Program-made: the position numbers and the translations under genes
In this document: positions 50,264 to 58,262 of the stretch, in pieces
How positions within the stretch are numbered: position 1 is the first letter of the stretch
Layout of the letters: each line of letters begins with the position of its first letter
IMG/VR virus record: IMGVR_UViG_3300032215_000643
Coordinates: 14,923-78,922 of that record
Reading direction: 5' to 3' (one strand)
Source: a virus
DNA: 64,000 bases
The notes under the pieces: generated by a model
What the model saw: the letters and a program-made list of their open reading frames with translations, nothing else
Database searches by the model: none
Told to the model about the DNA's origin: nothing

Positions 50264-50549
50264 TTTCTTTTATAAATTAGGATACTATTCTGTTTATGTT
50301 GCTAATGTATTAGCATATGTTGTTGGAACAGCAGGTGTTATTTACTATATTTATAATCGAGAATTGCCTTTTCTCCCTTTTATTTTTTTAATGGTTTTCT
50401 CTATTTGGAAGAAAACATTTATTATTTATCAGAATAGTCGGGTTAATAGTGTTAATAATATAATTAGCGCGACTATAGACACAAATCAGTTAGAAGATGC
50501 TATTAATGCTATTAATTATAAAAACATGTATTTAGGTGGACCAAATTAA
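50256..50549 (+). CDS. Membrane protein
   Basis: Two hydrophobic helices. Confidence 0.6.
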   Translation: MADFFYKLGYYSVYVANVLAYVVGTAGVIYYIYNRELPFLPFIFLMVFSIWKKTFIIYQNSRVNSVNNIISATIDTNQLEDAINAINYKNMYLGGPN

Positions 50550-51062
50550 ATGACTTGTATCGTGGCTTTGGAAGATAATGGAAAGATTTACATGGGTGCT
50601 GACTCAGCAGCCGTGGACGGGGAAGCAATTTCATTAAGAAAAGAGCCAAAGATATTCAAATGTGGGGAATTCTTAATTGGTTTTTCTCATAGTTTTAGGT
50701 ATGGTCAGATAGTTGAGCATTGTTTTAAGCCTCCTAAAGTTACGGAAAATAATATTGTTAAGTATATGGTTACTAAGTTTGTTCCTGAGTTAAGAATAAC
50801 TCTTGCGATGAACGAGTTTGAAGAAAAAGAATCTTGTATGATTATTGGGCATAATGGTAAAATCTTTTATGTGGAGAGTGATTGGAATGTTGGTTATGAT
50901 GAGACAAACTATCATTCGATAGGTTCAGGGGCACCAGCAGCGTTTGGATCTTTATATTCCACAAAGGGTCAGCATCCTTTAGATCGTGTAAGAATTGCTT
51001 TAGAAGCAGCACAAGAATTTACAACGAGTGTCCGTGGCCCATTTAACTATTTAGATATTTAA
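50550..51062 (+). CDS. HslV/proteasome-beta-like Ntn peptidase
   Basis: Thr2 nucleophile (MTCIV), GADS, K, IGSG. Confidence 0.8.
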   Translation: MTCIVALEDNGKIYMGADSAAVDGEAISLRKEPKIFKCGEFLIGFSHSFRYGQIVEHCFKPPKVTENNIVKYMVTKFVPELRITLAMNEFEEKESCMIIGHNGKIFYVESDWNVGYDETNYHSIGSGAPAAFGSLYSTKGQHPLDRVRIALEAAQEFTTSVRGPFNYLDI

Positions 51063-51242
51063 ATGAATAATAAACTTGATCTATCAGGAATAATTACACA
51101 TGAATGTATTTGTGGATCAAACATGTGGAATCTTGTAGTCTCTTTTGAGGATTATGAGATATCAGCATATCTTTTAGAAATGGAATGCACCTTTTGCGGT
51201 ACGATTGCTACCGCCCCAACACCACTAGATAGGGAATATTAA
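51063..51242 (+). CDS. Small zinc-ribbon protein (absent from ORF track)
   Basis: THECICGS...MECTFCGTIATAPTP. Confidence 0.65.
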   Translation: MNNKLDLSGIITHECICGSNMWNLVVSFEDYEISAYLLEMECTFCGTIATAPTPLDREY

Positions 51243-51424
51243 TGTCAAACGATATTGAAGATTTGAAGCGAGCATTTAATGCTGCGTCAAACGAATTGAA
51301 GAAGTGTGTCGGCAACAAGCCGGGGATGAATGCAGAGATGAAATATGGTCAGGCGTACATGGCTTTGGTGAAGGCTGGGGTAGCACCTAAGTTAAAGAAG
51401 AAGTATCGCGGTGGCCTGAAGTGA
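51242..51424 (+). CDS. Hypothetical protein
   Basis: Coupled ORF. Confidence 0.55.
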   Translation: MSNDIEDLKRAFNAASNELKKCVGNKPGMNAEMKYGQAYMALVKAGVAPKLKKKYRGGLK

Positions 51425-51606
51425 ATATTGATGATCTGTATGAAAGAATAACTCAAGAGGTAACTGAAAAATTTCATGATAAATATATTTCAACGGGTCA
51501 TCGATATAATGATGAAACAATGCATATTGCAGAAGAGTACGTTCGATTTATTATTGATGAATTTACATCAGCCCTTTGGGATGAAAGAGAGATTATAGAT
51601 GAATAA
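51421..51606 (+). CDS. Hypothetical protein
   Basis: Coupled ORF. Confidence 0.5.
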   Translation: MNIDDLYERITQEVTEKFHDKYISTGHRYNDETMHIAEEYVRFIIDEFTSALWDEREIIDE

Positions 51607-52894
51607 ACGCAGCGAAATTGCTGTGGCTATTTTTGGTTTAGGTTTGGGACTTGTTTTTGGAAGTTCCATTTTTATTGTACCTAAGCCCTTCCTTGGTCTG
51701 AGTTCCCTTGGTCATATTTTTGCTATGACTGGAACCTACCTATGTCTTGTAATGATCCTCTTGTCTTCTAGAATCCCCATACTTGAACGTGGAGTAGGGC
51801 ATGACAAAATGATACTATGGCATAGGAAAATAGCCCCCTACGCTCTCCTGCTCATCTTTCTTCACATAAACATGAACACTTTATCTTATGCTAAAGGTGT
51901 TCGTAAAACTTTTATGGATCAGATCCAACTTTTTTATACAGAATACCCTTGGATGCCTCAAGCAATCATTGCTGGTTTAATGATGTTTATATTAGGAATT
52001 GTAAGTTATAAAAAAATCAGGACCATGATGCGGTATGAAGTTTGGTGGTCTTTACATTTATTATTTTATGTTTCTGTAGTATTAGCATTTGGGCATCAAT
52101 TAGAAGTTGGAAGTATTTTTGTTAAGCACCCTTGGATTAAGTCAGGGTGGATTGTATTATATGTAGGAACATTCTTAATTATTTTTGTAACAAGGTTCCT
52201 ATTTCCAGCCTTGTTTTCTTACAAACATAAATTAAAAATTGATCGTGTAATTAGAGAAAACAAAGATGTTTATAGTGTTTATATAAACGGGAAAGATCTT
52301 GACAAAGTGTATGCTCATGGTGGACAATTCTTTCAGTGGAGATTTCTTACAAGAAAATGGTGGTGGCAGGCACATCCATATTCCCTGTCCCGTTCTCCAA
52401 AAAATGGACAACTTAGAATCACTGTTAAAATTTTAGGTGATCATAGTTATGATGTAGCAAAGAGATTACGTCCCGGCACTAGAATTTTTGCTGAAGGACC
52501 GTACGGAATTTTTACTTCAAAGAGGCGGGAAGGAAATCTAATAGCAGCGTTTGCTTCAGGTATTGGAATCACCCCAATCTTGGCGATGTTAGAAGAATTT
52601 CCTAAAAGGGCAGACGTTATTTTAATTTACAGAGTTTCTAGTGTCGATGACATAATTCTTTATAAAGATTTAGAAAGTTTATTTTTAACAAACCGATGGA
52701 AATTATATTATTTAATCGGTGATCGAAAAGAACATCCGATGACTGCTAATCACATACGTCAGTACATCCCAGATCTTGGTTTTAGAGAAGTTTATGTATG
52801 TGGGTCAGAAGGTTTTATGGATGATGTAATTACGCTTGCATTAAATGCAGGTGTTATGGATAATAAGATATACCACGAATCATTTTCGTTCTAA
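51599..52894 (+). CDS. Ferric reductase-like transmembrane oxidoreductase (heme b, FAD and NAD(P)H domains)
   Basis: About 6 TM helices with four His (WHRK, LHIN, LHLL, GHQL); HPYSLS, GDHS, EGPYG, SGIGITP, YVCG, ESFSF. Confidence 0.92.
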   Translation: MNKRSEIAVAIFGLGLGLVFGSSIFIVPKPFLGLSSLGHIFAMTGTYLCLVMILLSSRIPILERGVGHDKMILWHRKIAPYALLLIFLHINMNTLSYAKGVRKTFMDQIQLFYTEYPWMPQAIIAGLMMFILGIVSYKKIRTMMRYEVWWSLHLLFYVSVVLAFGHQLEVGSIFVKHPWIKSGWIVLYVGTFLIIFVTRFLFPALFSYKHKLKIDRVIRENKDVYSVYINGKDLDKVYAHGGQFFQWRFLTRKWWWQAHPYSLSRSPKNGQLRITVKILGDHSYDVAKRLRPGTRIFAEGPYGIFTSKRREGNLIAAFASGIGITPILAMLEEFPKRADVILIYRVSSVDDIILYKDLESLFLTNRWKLYYLIGDRKEHPMTANHIRQYIPDLGFREVYVCGSEGFMDDVITLALNAGVMDNKIYHESFSF

Positions 52895-52903
52895 GGAGAA
52901 CAC

Positions 52904-53386
52904 ATGCAAGTCTTTATGTCAGAGTACACGTTTGAAGAGTCTGCTAAGGTACTAGACAATAAGCGTTTGGTTAAGCAATTACTTGAGGGTCGTCAGATTC
53001 TCGCGGCGCTTGCAGGGCAGACTAAAGGGTGGCGTAACCATCCGGCAACAAGGATGTTTGAGGGATATGAACCTGCCCTTTTTGATTACCTATACTATGT
53101 TGCTAAGGAAATGGAACAGCGTGGATACAAGACTGAGAATAATTGGAATGAAATTGTAAGGCTTGGATTAGCCCACTTTATCTTTGATGGACCTTACGAG
53201 ATGCCTCCTTGGTTTGTTGATCGGGCGACTCTTCATAGTGTTGTAACTACTCATCGTAGAAGCCTTTACAATAAAGCCCCAGAGTTGTATCCTCAGTATG
53301 AGTATGAAGCATCTATCGGTGCTGATTTTGTTTGTTGTGATCGTTGTAACTATTATTGGCCTTCTCACATAAAGGAAAAAGTATAA
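52904..53386 (+). CDS. MSMEG_6728-family pyrimidine-dimer DNA glycosylase-like protein
   Basis: MQVF...LDNKRL.KQ..E..QIL...GWRNHPA. Confidence 0.8.
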   Translation: MQVFMSEYTFEESAKVLDNKRLVKQLLEGRQILAALAGQTKGWRNHPATRMFEGYEPALFDYLYYVAKEMEQRGYKTENNWNEIVRLGLAHFIFDGPYEMPPWFVDRATLHSVVTTHRRSLYNKAPELYPQYEYEASIGADFVCCDRCNYYWPSHIKEKV

Positions 53387-53613
53387 TGAACATTGAATTT
53401 AAAGATCTGCGTATTAGTCCAGAAGAATTTTTGACTATTGTTTCAAGGGTCTATGAGAAAGTTGACCTTGGCCCTAATATGTATGAGCGTGGGCACCCAG
53501 AGGATGTTTACGTTAATCTTGAGGTTGTTTTTAAGAGCGTCGGTCAGGGTATTGTTGAATATATTGAGCAGGTTAAAATGGCTGTTCAGACTAGTAATCG
53601 AAAGGAAAAGTGA
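53386..53613 (+). CDS. Hypothetical protein
   Basis: ATG overlaps the previous stop. Confidence 0.5.
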   Translation: MNIEFKDLRISPEEFLTIVSRVYEKVDLGPNMYERGHPEDVYVNLEVVFKSVGQGIVEYIEQVKMAVQTSNRKEK

Positions 53614-53828
53614 TGGCTTCTATTCTTACTACAGCAACTGTAGATCATCAGGGAAATGAATTGTCTGTTCATTGTACTGATGCTAATACTGGTATTACCA
53701 TGAAGGTTATTGTACCTTCAGATGCCATGAACGAAGACACGCGCAAGTCAGTTGGTATCCTTGCGGCTAATATGCCGGAAGCATTTTTGAGAGGCGTCAT
53801 GATGATTGCAGAGAGTCCAGACGAATGA
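53610..53828 (+). CDS. Hypothetical protein
   Basis: Coupled ORF with RBS. Confidence 0.5.
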   Translation: MMASILTTATVDHQGNELSVHCTDANTGITMKVIVPSDAMNEDTRKSVGILAANMPEAFLRGVMMIAESPDE

Positions 53829-54067
53829 TTAAGGTAACTGTTACCGAAGATTCGTGGTACCCTGTCTATACTTTAGATAAATCATCCAGTGTTTTGGATG
53901 ACACAATTGAAATTCCAGAGGCTATTTATTCTCGTTACCTCAAAATCATGAATGATTTTGAGGATATGCAAGATGAGATTCGTCAGTTCCAAACTGAGCA
54001 GAATGATTACGAGTATGAGAAGCATAGTTCGTGGACTCAAGTAAAAATGTTAAGGTATCGGGATTAA
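53825..54067 (+). CDS. Hypothetical protein
   Basis: Coupled ORF. Confidence 0.5.
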   Translation: MIKVTVTEDSWYPVYTLDKSSSVLDDTIEIPEAIYSRYLKIMNDFEDMQDEIRQFQTEQNDYEYEKHSSWTQVKMLRYRD

Positions 54068-54068
54068 G

Positions 54069-54239
54069 ATGGATGATCTTGAGCGGGATATGGAAAATTA
54101 TTATCGGATTAAGTTTGCTTTAGAGATAGAGGATAATATCTATAATTCTAAAGACAATCCTATTGATGAGGATTCCCGCTGGTTTTTTAATGGAATGCGT
54201 TACGCCATGATGCTTTTGCGTTATGGTTCCTCGCCTTAG
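54069..54239 (+). CDS. Small hypothetical protein whose stop codon lies inside tRNA-Arg
   Basis: 56-aa ORF MDDLERDMENYY...; below the ORF-track cutoff. Confidence 0.45.
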   Translation: MDDLERDMENYYRIKFALEIEDNIYNSKDNPIDEDSRWFFNGMRYAMMLLRYGSSP

Positions 54240-54302
54240 TTCAGGGGATAGAACGCGAAACTTCTAATTTCGATGTCGTTGGTTCGAATCCAACAGGTGA
54301 GA
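54230..54302 (+). tRNA. tRNA-Arg (anticodon TCT)
   Basis: Acceptor CTCGCCT/AGGTGAG; D-arm GTTC/GAAC; CGAAA-CTTCTAA-TTTCG; GTTGG-TTCGAAT-CCAAC. Confidence 0.9.
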
Positions 54303-54312
54303 CAATTATTTA

Positions 54313-54615
54313 ATGGAGATTTTTATGGATGAGATTGATGCTCTAATTGCAGAACTTGTTGATGCAGGAGCGTTGTTGGTTGACGGTATGCTTTTGGATG
54401 AGTTTACATATCGGTTTGATATGAAGATTCTTAAAGAAAAATACCCAGATATTTATGATATTGTTATGGAAGATATTGACGATACTATGTTGGAATTGTT
54501 GGATCGTGAATATATTTCTGTTGAGTATGATGAGAATCTAGAAGCACGTTTTTCTCTTACTGAAAAAGGTTATGATAATTATAAAATAATTAAGGAGAGT
54601 CAGTCTGATGAGTGA
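54313..54615 (+). CDS. Acidic hypothetical protein (winged-helix-like)
   Basis: ORF ending 'FSLTEKG'. Confidence 0.55.
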   Translation: MEIFMDEIDALIAELVDAGALLVDGMLLDEFTYRFDMKILKEKYPDIYDIVMEDIDDTMLELLDREYISVEYDENLEARFSLTEKGYDNYKIIKESQSDE

Positions 54616-54904
54616 TTATATAAATGTTCCCGTTGATGTGGCGCGGGATATTGCTAAGTTTATTCGCAATAATGATAATGGTAATTTAGATCATTGGGCT
54701 GAGCATCTTGACCCCCTTAATTTATCAGATAGAATTTTTAGGATTGTTAATTTTTATATTAAATCTGAGGGTGATCCATACATGGCTACTAATGAGATTC
54801 TTGAAGAATTTGTTAATGTTATTGGTAGTGTTAAACTTATTGAAGATTCTTTTATTATTAAAAAAGATTTAATCAATTTAATTGAAAATGGTGCTAATGT
54901 TTAA
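54608..54904 (+). CDS. Hypothetical protein
   Basis: RBS AGGAG; coupled ORF. Confidence 0.5.
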   Translation: MSDYINVPVDVARDIAKFIRNNDNGNLDHWAEHLDPLNLSDRIFRIVNFYIKSEGDPYMATNEILEEFVNVIGSVKLIEDSFIIKKDLINLIENGANV

Positions 54905-55804
54905 TTGTCCATCGGAACAAAATTAATAAAGGGCACCACGGCCCTTGTCATATTAACATTTTTAACGACCTTTATTGTTGTGTTTGCCGCGACAAAAACT
55001 CCCGCCAAATTAATTGCTAAACCTCCAGTTCTACCAACAAAAAGTTCTGTAGGATGGAAGCCTAAAATTAAAAAACTTAAAATTTTTAATGGTCAAATGA
55101 CTATAACAAAAGCGGGAACTAAGATCGATGGTTATCAGATTAATGGAAATGTTGTTGTAGAGGCTAGTAATGTTACGATAACTAGATCTTTAATTGTTTC
55201 TCCAACGACTTGGTATGCCATTAGGCAATGGAGTCAGTTTAAAAATTTAAATATGTCTTATGTAGAAATAACTGCTGCTAAGAATGCTCATCCAGATACA
55301 GCAATTCTTGCAGGAACTGGAATGAAATTAGATCACATTTATGTGCATGGCACACAACGGGGCATTGTTGCAAATACAGGTATGAAATTAACAAATTCTT
55401 ATATTGATAATTTTGTTAATCATAGTACCAGTCATGCTCAAGCAATACTTTCTTCTGGTAATGTTAGAAATGTTTATCTGTACAATAATGTTTTAGGATG
55501 CCATACTGGTAATTGTACATCGGCAATAAGTATGTTCCCTGAACAAGGGCCAAATGTCGGTTGGACAATAAAATATAATCGTCTTAGGGGCGGTTCTTAT
55601 TGTGTGTATCTTGGTAATTCTGGAAAAGAAAAACCAAATACTCATATAGATTTTGAAAATAATCAGTTTGATACTCTATATAATATCAATTGTGGAACAT
55701 ATGGTCCAGTAGCATCTTGGTCTAAAATTCCGACAAATACATGGAAAAATAACACATGGTATTCCCCTTGCGGGATAAAAGATGGTAAGTTGATTAGGAT
55801 TTAA
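54905..55804 (+). CDS. Exported right-handed beta-helix (pectin-lyase-like) protein
   Basis: N-terminal TM/signal segment; repeated beta-helix rungs (NVTITRS, TNSYID, NVYLYNN, FENNQF). Confidence 0.65.
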   Translation: MSIGTKLIKGTTALVILTFLTTFIVVFAATKTPAKLIAKPPVLPTKSSVGWKPKIKKLKIFNGQMTITKAGTKIDGYQINGNVVVEASNVTITRSLIVSPTTWYAIRQWSQFKNLNMSYVEITAAKNAHPDTAILAGTGMKLDHIYVHGTQRGIVANTGMKLTNSYIDNFVNHSTSHAQAILSSGNVRNVYLYNNVLGCHTGNCTSAISMFPEQGPNVGWTIKYNRLRGGSYCVYLGNSGKEKPNTHIDFENNQFDTLYNINCGTYGPVASWSKIPTNTWKNNTWYSPCGIKDGKLIRI

Positions 55805-55805
55805 T

Positions 55806-55943
55806 ATGGCTAAGGGAACAGGTAAATTTGGTTGGTGTTTAACTAATCAACATGATAATTGTAGAATAGTTTTAACAGTTTTAGAAAGAAAATGTACATG
55901 CGAATGTCATGTTACTCAACAAAATACTGATAATAATGTATAA
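55806..55943 (+). CDS. Small Cys/His-rich protein (absent from ORF track)
   Basis: MAKGTGKFGWCLTNQHDNC...CTCECH. Confidence 0.55.
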   Translation: MAKGTGKFGWCLTNQHDNCRIVLTVLERKCTCECHVTQQNTDNNV

Positions 55944-55979
55944 TGAAAGTATATCTTTAGAAAGTAGGTGAATTAATTC

Positions 55980-56270
55980 ATGGCAGATAATAATCAGCAG
56001 TTACCAAATGCTCAGCAGCCTTCAGCCCGTCCGAACGTAACATCAGAGGTCGGTCCAACAAATGCAGATAATCAATCTTTGACAAACCGTCCCCTTTGGG
56101 ATGGTGGTTACGAAGCAGTAAATCTTGGTACAAACGAGCCTAAGACAATGGGTGGCGGTACTCCATTTGGTGGTTCAAATGTTTCAATGACAACTGGACA
56201 GCCTTACGGTGGTCCAGTCGTTAGCACTGAGCAGGGTAAAGTAAGCAACGAAACCCGTCCAACAGCATGA
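55980..56270 (+). CDS. Low-complexity disordered protein
   Basis: TATAAT at 55939 and AGGTG RBS upstream. Confidence 0.55.
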   Translation: MADNNQQLPNAQQPSARPNVTSEVGPTNADNQSLTNRPLWDGGYEAVNLGTNEPKTMGGGTPFGGSNVSMTTGQPYGGPVVSTEQGKVSNETRPTA

Positions 56271-56286
56271 TCCATGATTAAATAAT

Positions 56287-56745
56287 ATGGGAGAAAATCA
56301 GGGAAAAGTTTCACCATTGACTTCCTCCAGTAGTAATCATGATGAACAATCAGATAATTATGTAGAATACTACGTTAAAGGTGGTGAAAAAATGAACGAG
56401 AAAAATAGCGAAACAACCGAACCAGATCCTAATGGAGACATGGCTGTTCAAAAGGATGTCGCTGGTGAGGGTACTTATAGCACTACCGCTAATTCCACCG
56501 TAGACGCCCCTTCTTCTTCTGATACAACAGAACCTATGGCTAAAGCAGCCTGTGCCGGTGATTGTTGTTCAGATTGTTCCTCCGATTGTGGTGGGGATTG
56601 TTGTGAAAAGTGCATGGGTATGTCAAAGTCTGCTGATCAGCAGGATGACGGTTCTGATAAAGAGCCTGATGCAGATGTTGATGATATTCAGAAGAGTTAT
56701 GAGCCAAAAAGTTTTTGGGGAAATTTCTTCCTTCCGGTAGACTAA
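56287..56745 (+). CDS. Acidic protein with a metallothionein-like Cys cluster (likely start 56392)
   Basis: CAGDCCSDCSSDCGGDCCEKC; GGTGGTG RBS before ATG 56392. Confidence 0.55.
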   Translation: MGENQGKVSPLTSSSSNHDEQSDNYVEYYVKGGEKMNEKNSETTEPDPNGDMAVQKDVAGEGTYSTTANSTVDAPSSSDTTEPMAKAACAGDCCSDCSSDCGGDCCEKCMGMSKSADQQDDGSDKEPDADVDDIQKSYEPKSFWGNFFLPVD

Positions 56746-56763
56746 TTTACCCGCTTTACTTAC

Positions 56764-56795
56764 GGACAGCGGCCTTGTGCCGCTGTTCTGTTTTT
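56764..56795 (+). terminator. Rho-independent terminator
   Basis: GGACAGCGGC-CTTGT-GCCGCTGTTC followed by a T-tract. Confidence 0.7.
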
Positions 56796-56800
56796 AGGAG

Positions 56801-57205
56801 ATGAATATGAGAATTTTAATTGTTGGTTCTAAGAATTGGACTAACTATGATGAGTTGATGAGAAATATTACAGTTGCTATTGAAGATCTTACTCAGCGGA
56901 ACCCTGATGATAATAAGATTGTTTTTGTTCATACGGGGATTGCTGGTGCTGAAAATATGGTTACTGAGTATATTGGTAAAGTTGAAAGGTATATGAAGCA
57001 GAAGGGTTTCAGTGTTAAAGAAGAGTTAGTTCGTAATAAGTATAGTGGTAATGCTATGGATAAGGTTACTTCTGATTATGATATGATTTCTTCCGGTGCT
57101 GACTGTGCGTTAGTTTTTATTAGACAGTCTTGTAAACGGTCTGAATATTGTCTGAGACTTATCAAAGAATCGGATATCCCCGTCAAACTAGTAAAAGAAA
57201 ACTGA
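56801..57205 (+). CDS. SLOG/YspA (DUF2493)-like protein
   Basis: MRILIVGSKNW.NY...VH.G..GAE...ADCALVF. Confidence 0.65.
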   Translation: MNMRILIVGSKNWTNYDELMRNITVAIEDLTQRNPDDNKIVFVHTGIAGAENMVTEYIGKVERYMKQKGFSVKEELVRNKYSGNAMDKVTSDYDMISSGADCALVFIRQSCKRSEYCLRLIKESDIPVKLVKEN

Positions 57206-57267
57206 TACAATTAGTAAGGATAGTCCTAATTGGGTTATCAAAAAAACAAGGAGAAATAAATATACTC

Positions 57268-58149
57268 ATGAGTAGAGTTAAGAAAACGAAATATAATAAG
57301 AAAGCAATTTTTGCAATTAGTGCTATTGCTGGTATTGGGGCTGCTGGTATCGCAACTAGTGCTATGGCAGACATTTCATTTCCCCTTCCTGTTGATGCAC
57401 CGGATTTGGAAAGTTTAACTGTTGTCGCAAACGCTAATTCAACTGTTTATGCGAGGAATGCTCAGATGTCTTTGACGACAACTAGCAGCAAGAATATCGT
57501 AGTTCCCGGCAGTACAGTTACATATACCTACAAGGTACTTAATACTGGTACTGTAGATTTCAAAAATTTAGTAATCGAGGATGACAAATGTTCACCAATC
57601 GCTTATGTAAGCGGAAATAATTCAGATCCGCTTCTTAACGTAGGCGAGACTTGGACATATACTTGTTCTACAAAGGTTCTTAAGGACCAGACAAATAATG
57701 CTAAGGTTACAGGAACTCCTGTACTTCCTTCTAGCACCGCTGCCCCTACACCAACACCAACTGGTACCGTTACACCAACACCAACACCTAGCCCAACTGC
57801 TACTGGCAGCACCATCAAAGATGGTACATACCTTGGCAGGCAGGTAAATGTTAATGTTACTGATCAGGGTCTTGTTTATCCAATTCAGATTCAAGCAACA
57901 ATTTCTGGCGGTAAGATCACGGCAATTACTTGTCCAGTCTTCGGTGCCACTGATACTACATCTAAGAATATTGGTAAGTATAATGTTGCCACTATTGCTT
58001 CCATGAACGCTGATCCCGCAAATCCAACAATGATCTTTGAGGCTTTGGCTGCTCAAAGTTCAAATATTGCTGCTATTTCAGGAGCAACCTATACTACAAC
58101 TGGGTTCAAGGCATCTCTTGCTGATGCTCTTACGCAGGCAGGTTTCTGA
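57268..58149 (+). CDS. Secreted FMN-binding (flavinylation-motif) protein with Ig-like domain
   Basis: Signal peptide ending AMA; Ig-like TYTYKVLNTG...L.VGETWTYTC; PT linker; DGTY.G...GKITAI...AQSSNI.AISGATYTT.GF..SL..AL. Confidence 0.85.
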   Translation: MSRVKKTKYNKKAIFAISAIAGIGAAGIATSAMADISFPLPVDAPDLESLTVVANANSTVYARNAQMSLTTTSSKNIVVPGSTVTYTYKVLNTGTVDFKNLVIEDDKCSPIAYVSGNNSDPLLNVGETWTYTCSTKVLKDQTNNAKVTGTPVLPSSTAAPTPTPTGTVTPTPTPSPTATGSTIKDGTYLGRQVNVNVTDQGLVYPIQIQATISGGKITAITCPVFGATDTTSKNIGKYNVATIASMNADPANPTMIFEALAAQSSNIAAISGATYTTTGFKASLADALTQAGF

Positions 58150-58262
58150 TAACTAGTGATTTCTAAGTATTTAGTAGACGCTCTTATGGATGCGTTAAAT
58201 TCGTTCGGAAAAGATAGAGAAATAGAACATTGGAAGAAAATCGAATTTAGGGGAAAATATTA

